A stretch of DNA of 64,000 bases, from the NCBI GenBank assembly GCA_024679065.1, contig JAGIQG010000009.1:107260001-107324000 (forward strand), written 5' to 3'. This document shows positions 25,471 to 36,500 of this stretch, one piece after another. The stretch comes from Sphyrna mokarran (Eukaryota). Below the pieces are notes generated by a model. The model ran no database searches. It saw only the letters and a list, made by a program, of their open reading frames with translations, and was not told the origin of the DNA. Made by a program: the position numbers and the translations under genes. The number at the start of each line of letters is the position of its first letter. Within the stretch, counting starts at the first letter, position 1.

Positions 25471-27177
25471 ATGGTCAAGTCTGTAGTTACCAGAGACATG
25501 GATGAGACTGGACAGCAGTTGAATTTGACCGAAGCTCCAAGGGATGGCTCCAAGGAGAGATTGAATACATTTAGTTTATGTTCCTTGGATTGTAGAAGTT
25601 CATGAATTGATTTGGATGTGCTTCTTTAATTATTTTAACAGGATTTATTTAGTGTGGTTAGAGAGAAAATGTTCACTCTGCTGAAGATATGTAAGAAAAA
25701 GGGAAGTAACTTTTAAAACAGATACAGGTCATTCAGAGGGGATGCTGCGAAACACTTCATGCAATAACTGGTGTAGTAAGACCATAATGATGGAGGATGT
25801 AGGATGTAGATATAGGCTATTCAGCCTATTTAGTCCACTCCACCATTAATTGAAATCATGATATTATAACACTTCTGCTCCAAAGATAGTTATTGTATTT
25901 ATCATCCACTCCCTTTCCCCTTAATTATTTGGTATTTTTGGATTACTATTACTGTCTTCCATCGTGAAGACTGACTCAATACTGAAATAACTCCGTGGCA
26001 ATTTCCCCATGATCATTTCCCCAGTTTCATTCTCCAGCGAGACTATGTTCACTTTTGACTTCTCCATTCTTTTTTATGCAATTAAATAAGCTTTATTCTC
26101 TGTGTTTTATGTTAGTTGCTAATTGATTCTCATAGTTTACCTTCTCTCTCTGCATTGTATTGCTGGTCACTCTTTGTTAGTTTTAAAAGTGTTCTCAATT
26201 CCCTGTTTTAGTACTAAGCATTGTACTGTTTTTTTTCCCCAGTTAACGCTATCCTTAATTCCTTTCATTAACCATGATGTGGAAATGCCGGCGTTGGACT
26301 GGGGTGGGCACAGTAAGAAATCTCACAACAGCAGTTTAAAGTCCAACATTTGGAATCATGAGCTTTCAGAGCGCTGCTCCTTCTTCAGGGGAGTCACTCA
26401 CCTTCTGGATGAGCAGCACTCTGAAAGCTGGTGATTCCAAATAAGCCTTTAATCTGGTGCTGTGAGACTTCTTGTTGTGTTCATTAACCATGGCTGATTT
26501 ATCCTCTTCCGAGACTCCATATTCCTGACCGTTGTATTAAGTACAATCTGAGATGGACTGATGTTTTGAATACCTCTGGATATTAAGGGGTATGGAGCTA
26601 TTCAGGTCCATATAGTGAAACTGCAGATTATTGAAATGATAACATAAAAAGACCGTATTAATCCATAGGATATATTCGAAAGTTTGAAATACTTACTATC
26701 TATTACTTTCTATCTACTTTATATTTTTCCCTGTGACAAGTTATAGAAAACTATTTATTCCAAATGACACTGAGCCCTACCATGCATGACTCGGGACACT
26801 GAATCTGAGAAAATGTCAAGCACAGAATTGCAGGGTTTATTGCAAATTTTATAGAATACTATGATCTGCAACAGAGATTTAAGATGATCAAGTATTTTAA
26901 TTTTTATTGGAAACTGAAAGCCATTAACTATAACTCACGCATTTATATTTTGGGATTGTGCTTGGATTATTATTACTTGTCAATAATACAATCAAATTGC
27001 GAAGATTACTTGAATCAAATACCAAGGGAGATAGCAAATGATCTTTCTCGTGAATTTAGCAGAAATATTCACGTAATGACATTTTCATTTATTGATTTAC
27101 ACTTTTTCTGCAAGTAGCGACCCTGTAGATCTCCTTTCCCACATTCTTCTGTTTCCCAATGTTGGTACAATACACAA

Positions 27178-27183
27178 TTTATT
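27178..27183 (-). terminator. Candidate polyadenylation signal of gene B
   Basis: AATAAA on the minus strand about 260 nt after the stop. Further AATAAA copies occur near 27090, 26905 and 26838, so the used site is unknown. Confidence 0.3.
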
Positions 27184-27439
27184 CATGAGAATGAAGGCCT
27201 GATCATAAGTTCTTGAGGAGGCGCAACGCCTCTTCAAGTTGAATAATTTCAAAGTTGGCGTATTCAGCAATTCAGAAATAATTGCATATTCACACATATT
27301 CATAGTTAACTCTGAACAAGTTTAATTATTAGCACTGTAATAGAGAACAAGGCAATCAGTGTGCCAGATACGGCTCAGTGCGAGGCAGGGTTTATGGAGG
27401 ATCGACATATTGCAGTATTTCAAGTTTCGTCCCACAGCT

Positions 27440-27559
27440 TCAGCGGATGGTGGCGTATTCGGTATGATTTGGGTCATTGATCATTTTCCTTGCCTTCTCA
27501 TGTTGCTTGATTTTCACTTTGGCGTTATGTTGAGAAATACTACCTCGATTAGAGTGAAC
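27440..27559 (-). CDS. Gene B terminal coding exon with ITSM
   Basis: T-rich acceptor ending gattattag, phase 0. Reads VHSNRGSISQHNAKVKIKQHEKARKMINDPNHTEYATIR*; TEYATI fits the ITSM consensus TxYxx(V/I). Confidence 0.82.
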   Translation of the reverse strand, partial: VHSNRGSISQHNAKVKIKQHEKARKMINDPNHTEYATIR

Positions 27560-30500
27560 CTAATAATCATCGCAATAAAATAAAAAAAATACGTTTCACC
27601 CGCAGTGCGCAGAGTTGCAGCCACGTCATTTCACGCGTTTGCACATCCTTAAGTTAGAAACAAGTGTCAAAGGACTCAGAGTAATGTGTAATCAGGAAAA
27701 GAAAAGATGCAGTATTAAGACGCGGAAAGAATTTTGCATCGCAAGTAGTGGCCCAGGTTGGTGCAGATGAGTTGAGACAAGTAAATACTTTGTAAATGTC
27801 GCCATAGTCCCAAAGAGCCATAGATTACTCTCCCTCTTGAGAGTTGACTAGTGACGTTTTGTCTACAACACAGACAGATCTACTTGTCTTATCGTGTCCT
27901 GTCCAATCTACAAGAACAACTCAACCAATAACAGTCCCGCACCGTTTGCTGTTGCTCTGCAAATATATCCTCTTTAGAAAAATTTCCAATCTCTATTTGT
28001 ATTAATTCTTATTGGTTCTAACTCTTGGGCAGCACGGTTAGTACAATGGTTAGCACTGCTGCCTCACAGCGCCAGGGTTCAATTATTGCCTTGGGTCTCT
28101 GTCTGCGTGGAGTCTGCACATTAAACCCTGTCTGCGTGAGTTTCCTTCTGGTACTCCGGTTTCCTCCCAGTGTAAAAGATGTGCTGGTTTGGTGCATTAG
28201 CCAAGCTGAATTGCGTCTCAGTGTACCTGAAGACACTGGACTGTGGCGACTAGGGGATTTTCACAGTAATTCCATTGCAATGTTAATGGAAGCCCAGTTG
28301 TGACATTAATAAATAAGTTTAACTTAAACTGAAACTCTGTTGATTGAATGTATTCTCCGGAAGTGAGGCCACACATCGTAGAATGGGAAACAGGGGGAAT
28401 AGTCATGTAAGAAATTAACCATTCTCCCTGGCATTATGCCTCCAAAATACAACATAAAAACTGGGGACGAGAAGCATGAACATATGCTGGCTAGCCACTC
28501 TGGAAAAAGAATTTTACCGAAAACAATTGGACAAAAGAGAAGTTAGGAAGGAAAATGTTTCACCTGTGAGACATATGTTCAAGAGAACCAATAGGCTGGG
28601 TAGACGTGATTAACGACAATCTGCCCACAAAACATATTGTGCCACTCCCTCGTGATAAATGAGGCTGAAACTTATATGTGTGGAATCAATGTAACTGCTA
28701 GACTACAGTTCAAAGTGCGCCTAGGGGAAACGTACCTTAGTAGAAAAAGGTTTTCTGTGTCCTAGGACTCTGATGAAAATGTGGAGCCTCGAAGCTGTTA
28801 TATTGAACATTTTGATTGTTTTTCGTAGGCAAACAAAATAGTTGAAGATATTTTCGTGGCTCACTTCCATTAGCGTAATTGCGGGCAACCTGAGAATCCA
28901 GATTTCAGCAAAATTGATCTGCTTGCTTCTGCCGATTCTGACACATAAAGGCTTCTTCCAATATCGAAGATGACCATTTGGCATAGATTAGTTCCTGCAT
29001 CATTTCAAATAGCAACAGATCAGATCCTGAATGGACTGAGCGTTGCTTAAATCTGAACTTCTCACGCACTTTGATCCTCAGTTAGCTTGCAATGCATCTC
29101 CGTATTGTTCAGGAGTAGTGATCCCTCACAACTTGCCAACACCCATTGCTTTTGCTTCTTGAACTCTGAGAAAATCCGAAAGTAACCCTTCCCAGATTGA
29201 AAAGGAAGCATTAGGAATCATTTTTGGAGTAAAGAAATTCCATCAATTCTTGTACAACAGGAAGTTCGCATTGTTAACGGACCATTGTGAATTAACTACT
29301 TTTTTTGGACCACACATGGGAATTCTGTCAGTTGTAACAAGTAGAATGAAAAGAGAGGCATTGCTTTTATCTGAACTACTTACATTATTGTGTCAACAAT
29401 CAAGTCTACATGGTAATGGAGATGGACTTTTAAGATTACCACTGCCAGCAATTCATCAAACTGCTCAACTGGGAATACTTTCTACATTGATCAAGCAGAA
29501 AACATATCAGTCACTTCCAAACAAGGGAGGCGGCACACTAGGAGTGATCCAATATATTTCAGAAGTGATGGATATGGTATTATGTGGAAAGACCTCAGAG
29601 TTAGAATAAAGCAGAAATCCTACTGCTCTGGGAAATTGGAATCAGTGTATGTTGACTGGGGGCTCAGAGAAGTTATTCCGCCTCCATCGAGGAAACAGGT
29701 ATTAGAAAAGCTATATGAGGATCATTATGGAGTGGTACACATAGAGGAAATACATGGGAATGGGTTGTAGAGGCGTAGTGATACATGCATGTGGATTTTG
29801 CAGAACCTTCTGAAGGATGTGAAATGTAGTTATTAGTCACAATTGGCTTACATTAACACTGCAATTAAGATACTGAGAAAGTCCTCTCTCTGGCACGTGT
29901 TCGGGTACGCTGAGAGAGATTCACCATGCCAACCATGTAAGCAGACTGTGGGAGGAAAGCGGAGCAACCAGAGAGAAAGTGCAGACTCTACAGACAGTGA
30001 CTTAAGCCAGGAATTGAACCTGAATCTCAGGCACCGTGAGGCAGCAGTGCTAACCACTGTGCCACCATGCCGTCAATATATTCTTGGTGTCGGTCGATAC
30101 TTACACAAGGTCAGAGATCGCTGTGATGATATCTATTTCACCGCAGAAAATGATTGAGAAGCTAGGAGAACTGTTTCATCATGTTACTTTCCCTGAACAA
30201 GTTATAAGTGGGTACGGATCTCAATTTGCTCTGAAAGAATTCAGAAGTTTCTTCCGAGAGAATGGTATCCAACTTATTAAATCCAGACTGTATCATCCTC
30301 TGACAAATGGGCATCACGGAATGTTTCACCCAAGCTATGAAACTTACGTTGAGAGCTACTAGAGAACAAGGTTATCTGATCAAATGACTTAACAAATTCC
30401 TATTGATGTACAGGAATACCGCACACTCCACGATCAAGACGCTTCTTGCCTTCTACACTCAATCTTTTGAAAGCTCTGAAAACTAAAGATATCGTCCAAC

Positions 30501-33500
30501 AGCAACACAGTAAGGACAAATGGACGAGCAGGAAAAGAAAGCTAAGCATAGAGTGTTTCACCCAGGGCAAGGATTTTCTTCTTGAAATTATTCTACAGGA
30601 GAAAAATTAGTTCCTGCGACAATGCTTGCAGAATAATGGTGAAGAGATGAGAATGGGGATCTCATGAATGAAATGAAGTTGCGGGGAATTGGGCAGGGCC
30701 TAACCTGAGGCTAGATTTCAGGGAAACGATGGAGACAGTATGATGGAAGATTTGACTTAGTTGATAAGAGGAAAATGGAAGGAAAGGTAGCACAGTGGTT
30801 AGCACTGCTACTTCATAGCGTCAGGAACTTGTGTTCAATTCGGGCCTCGGGTCACTGTTTTTGTGGCGTCTACACATTCTCTCCGTGTTTGCCTGTGTTT
30901 CCACTAGATGCTGCGGTTTTCTCCCACAGTCCAAAGATATGCTGGTTAGGTGGATTGGCCGTGCTAAATTGCTTCTTAATGTCAGGGGGGTCTTTAGGGT
31001 AAATGCATGGGATTATGGGGATAAGGCCGGAGTGGAATTATGGTCTGTGCAGTCTTGATGAGCCAAATGGCTTCCTTCTGCGCTGTAAGGATCCAATGAA
31101 TTCTAGGAATCTGACAACTGAAGAATTGGCCTCTATCATCGGAGAAAAAGCCTGAGGGTTCTTTCATTTGTTCCTGGAAATGGGACTGTAGGTAATGGGG
31201 GAAGTGATTTAAACTCGTAAAGAAAAGAAGAGGGCAGTTGTTGTTATCTTCCAGAATGATCCTGGAGTGGTTTCTGCTGGAGGGAAGTGAAGCTTTTGAA
31301 AATTTAATGTGGGAAGTCATATCTGGCAAATAATTAATCCGGTTGCTCCCACGTGACCACTTAAAAGTCATGCAAGTTGGCACCACGCCATAGGGAAAAA
31401 CGACAATGAGAAATTGTTAAGTTTATATTGTTTAGAAATATAAATAAATTTTTAAAAATTTTTTTTTAAAAAGTAGTTATTCATGGAGTTAGAATATTTG
31501 AAAACACCTAAAGTAGTATCACTTAAATTGTGTGTAATAAGAAGAGAAAAGACACCACAATGAAATGAGGTATGTTTGAGTATAGCACCACAAATGGTTA
31601 ATGTATGTTTGTGTTTATTCGGATGACAATCAGCAATGCAGCCTAATAGAACTCGTTGTTGCAACCTCGGTATGTACCACGGTGCAATACTTCCGGATCT
31701 GCTATAGTCCAGAAGGTGAATTTGCCTCTACTCTACTTGATCAACATCCTGACGCAGGAAACTTGGAAAGACCCTTATTTGCATACGTCTGCTTATCTCA
31801 TTTCGGACTTGCGACCTTTGAGACTGAGATTCAATATTTTACTGTATATGGTTTACGGTTGATTTAATTTGGTAGTAATATATAAACATTTTTCTCCCAT
31901 ATTGATGTAACAGATTCAAACCTTCACAAGCATATTTAGGTATTGAAAGCCGGGATAGAATAGAGCTAGAGATAAAATACAGCGAATTCGTAGAAAACTA
32001 TTGCTTATCTCAATGTTCTTACCTGTGTCGCTGACTGAAGATCGGCTGATGCTGTGGAAATAGCATTGAGAGATGGGTCAGAGCTAAACAGTGCCACAAA
32101 CATAGAGACACACATAGACACACGTAGCAACGGAGATTGACTTTCTTCGACTGAAACTATTTGTAAATGTATTTTTTGTTTTAGATTTGTTTTCAATTAG
32201 CCACGAATAGTAATTAATGCAGAATACATAGAAGTCACATACCAAGTACCGTATCAATTTCATCGTGCTGTCTGTAAGAAGCAAAATATTGTTTAAATTT
32301 AAAGTTCTGCACATTATGTTCTAAGTAATCACCAATTTGATAAAATTCGGTATTTTTTTACCTTCTTAGTCTCCGGATAACTGAAAGAAAAATAATGTTT
32401 ACGTTAATGTAGTCGTTTGAATCTGCTTCTTATTAAAACATAAAATTGATCTTTAACACGGATATAGAGAAACTGACTGTGATACATATGCATGGATGAA
32501 TGCATGGAGGTGGTGCTGCCTCACAGTGCCAGAGACCCAGTTCGATTCCAGCCTCATGTGACTGTTCATGTGGAGTTACATAGAACACAGAACATAGAAT
32601 CCAACAGTGCAGAAACAGGTCCTTCGGCCCATCAAGTCTGCACCGACCACAATCCCACCCAGACCTTATCCCCACTCCCCGTACACATTTACCCACTAAT
32701 CCCTCTAACCTATAGATCCCAAGACACTAAGAGGCAATTTTAGCATGGCCAATCAACCTAAACCGCACATCTTTGGACTGTGGGAGGAAACCGGAGCATC
32801 CGGAGGAAACCCACGCAGACATGAGGAGAATGTGCAAACTCCACACAGACAGTGACCCGAGACGGGGATCGAACCCAGGTCCCTGGAGCTGTGAAACAGC
32901 AGTGCTAACCACTGTGCTACCGTGCCGCCCAGAAGATTCACTGCATGTCTCGATTCAGCAAAATTGACACATTCTTCCTATGTCTGCGTGGAATTTCTCC
33001 GGATGCTTCTATTTCCTCCCAAATCCAAAATGTGCAAGCCGGGGAGGGGGAGGGGGTGAGGTGGCGGCGGGGGGGGGGGGTAGCAGTGGTGTTGGGGGGG
33101 CGGAATTGGCTATGTTAAATTTCCTCTTAGTGACCCAGGATATGTAGGTGAGGGTGATTGGCGTAGTAAATATGTAATGTTCTGTGGTGTGGAAAATTTC
33201 GAAGAGAGTTAGTATGAACTCGATAGGCTGAATAGCCTTCTTTTGCACTGTAGGGATTCCTTCTTTATGCATTCGTGGGACATGGGCTGACTGGTTAGCA
33301 TTTATTGCCTATCCCTAGTTACTCGAGGCAGTAGGGAGTCAACCACATTGCTGTGGCTCTAGAATCCCATGTAAGCCAGACCAAGCAGCAACGGCAGACT
33401 TCCTTCCCTAAAGGACATCAATAAACCAGATGGGTTTTTTTCTGACAACCGTTTTTATGGTCATCAGTAGATTCTCAATTCCAGATATATTTTATTGAAT

Positions 33501-36500
33501 TCAAATTTCACCATCTGCTGTAGCGGGATTCAAACCTGGGTCCCCAGAACATTAGCTGAGTTTCTAGATTATTAACCTATCGGCAATATCACTAGGCCAC
33601 CGTCTTGTCTGGGTCCCTGATGGTATTTCCTTCTTCATTGAACTAAGGCATTTCACATCGATCAAGAAAGGTGGACTTTTGTCTTTAGAGACAAAAGGCT
33701 GTGATGAGATTTTTCATTTATTCAAATTCTCCAGGGGACTGGCAAGAGTAAATATTGTCAATAGTACGTTTAGTGAGAGGACCTAGATCCAGAGAGCACA
33801 GATTTAAATGACTGGCAAATTTAAGTGATTTAGCTGAAAAGCGATGGCGACAGAAGGAAAATATTTTATCACACGATTAGTTAGGATCTGGAATGCACTG
33901 CCTGAGATTATGAATGAATCAGATTTACTCGAGGTTTCCAAAACTGATTTGGATTATTACCTGTAAATGTGGAGAAGGCCAGCAAGTGACAGTAGATCAA
34001 TTGTTCTTACGTGGATCCACCACAGACACGACGGGCCGAATGGCGCCTTTCTGAATTGGAACAATTCTATAATTCTGAAGGGAATACCTAAGCGTGTTTT
34101 AAAATAATTGCTCATACTAATTGGGTTTCCGATCACACTAGAAAAAGTAACAAATTTGTTGGAAGCATTAACCATGGTTCTCATAGCAACCAGAGCAATT
34201 GCCCATACTATAGCGAAAACATATTAGTTAATAAGGTTGACAGGGCCACATACCTTTGTTTTGCCAGAACAGTCCACATATAAGGACAATAACGGTTACA
34301 CTCAGAAAAACTGAAACACCTCCCAGTCCAAATATCGCATCAGGACCCCTGCTAATTTCCTTCGCAGTCTTGCCTGAAAATTTGATCGGAAGATGTTGTT
34401 TGCATTATGGAAAAGGCACGACTGTAAACATATATGTATAAACGAAGACATATATTTCTATAGCGCCTTGCACGACCTCAGTACATCCTAATTCACTTTG
34501 CAGCTGGCCGAGTACTCTGGAGGTGCGGCCACTTTTGCCATGTAGGAAGAACAACCGATTTGCCTACCGTAAGCTCACACAAATAGTCTTGCGAAACCGA
34601 GCAGAAATTTGTTTTTGTTTTATGATATTGATTGAAGGGCAAATATTGGCCAAGACATGGGGGATATCTGCCTTGAAATTCCTCGAAATAAGGTCAAGGG
34701 ACTTTTGCATTCACTTGGTTTAACGTTACCTGCAATAGTTGACACCTTGAACATGCAGCACAACCTCCGTAAGGCACTGAAGAGCCAAACAGGATTTTTA
34801 AATTTTTTATATGCATTTGTGGGACATGGGTGTTGCCGGCTGGCCAGCATTTATTGCTCATCCCTAGTCGCTCTTGAACTGAATGGCTTGCCAAGCCATT
34901 CCAGAGGACAGTGGAGAGTCAACCACATTGCTGTGCCTCTGAAGCCGGCCAGATCAGGCAAGAATGGTAGACTTCCTTCCCTAAAGGGCATTCGTAAACC
35001 AGGTAGGTTTTGCTGACAACAGACAATGGTTTCATGGACATCAGTAGATTCCTAATTTCAGTTTTCTTCTTTGAGTTCAAATTCCACCATCTGACGTGGC
35101 AAGATTTGAATTCAGGTCCCCAGAATATGAGCTGAGTTTCTGGATTAATAGTCTAGCGATAATACCATTAGGCCATCACCTCCCCTTTGTCATACATATG
35201 ATTCTCTAACCTAGACTGCAAAAACTACAAAAGGTTGTGAACTTAGCCTCGTCCACCACGCAAAACAATCTCCCATTGACTGCACCTACATTTCCTGCTG
35301 TCTCGGGAACATAATCAAGAACTCCATTCACACCGGACATACGCCTTCAATCCACTTCCATCCGAAAAAAGATACAAAATTCTGAGAACAATCGACCGAA
35401 AAATAGCATCTTTCCTGCTGACATTTTGAATTGTCCTATCATAGTTTGGCTGAATGGAGTTTTAACTTTAATATGCTGAAAGCTCTTCAATCAAGCAAAC
35501 TTGAGCTTTGGGCTAAAGTTATTTCTTTCATTGGATTCCAGGCCAGAGGCCTGGAATTTGTCAAAGGACATAAGGTGTCAGATTCAACAGCTTATCGTTG
35601 GCAGGGATCAGTTGTAAACAGGGTCCTGTTTCTTAGCTGAGCATTCTAATATGAACAATATCCATTTTGATGATGAGGCCTGAAGTGAACAACGATTCTA
35701 TAGTTAGATTTGTTTGGCCTTTTCGAACGATGCAATTGGGGTCCTCATCACCAAGGAACATTTGGAGTTTTAACTCTGCTAACACAAGAGCTTGTTCAGG
35801 AAGGCAGAGTGAGGAACTTTGGAACAAAGCTCACAAGAAAAGACAACATCTGGAAGGAGAAGAGAACAGAGAACTGGCTCCATGTTACAACAAAATCCTG
35901 GCCAGGTTTTAATTGCAAGTGAAATGAACTTTAAGTAATGTAGCAGATAATGAGTTATGCATTGTAAGTATTGTTTAAGTAACTATAGAATAAAGGAAAT
36001 CGTGGTTAAATATTTAAAGTCAACTTTGTGTCTTTATTCGCTATAGAGGTCAAACACATAGGTTTGGGCAACAATATATTTAGCCGCTCTTTCTCTACTT
36101 CCTAGCTATTACTGTAACACTATATTCTTCACTGTCTCTTTCCTTTCTCCCATATGTACTCTATGAATGGTATGTTTTGTTTGTATAGCACGCAAAGAAA
36201 ATACTTTTCACTGTACCCAAATACATGTGAGAAAAACAAATCGAATTCAATCATGTGTCCTAGGCTGAGATTATAACGATCAAAATCAAAATGGAAGCTG
36301 GATAATTGCGATTGTAGTGTGCTTCTAGTAGCGATTCAGTGAAAGGGCGATGTCTTGATGCTTACTGCTACCTCTATACGTTTCTGTAGGCTCTCCCTAC
36401 ATTGGGCTTGATGGTCTGTATTGCTGCCTCCCAGCGCCAGGGACCCAGGTTCGATTCCCAGTTTGGGTCACCGTGTGTGTGGAGTTAGCACGTCCTCCAT

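Noticed and set aside
32023-32150. LLRVSMCVSMFVALF as the Arg-containing TM of gene B
   Set aside because: It is only about 15 aa, and a much better TM exon exists at 34254-34373. The hydrophobicity comes from a GT-rich probable mini-intron.
32880-32930. tRNA genes at SINE heads
   Set aside because: The A/B-box-like heads run straight into the SINE body and LINE-derived tail, and they occur in many diverged copies.
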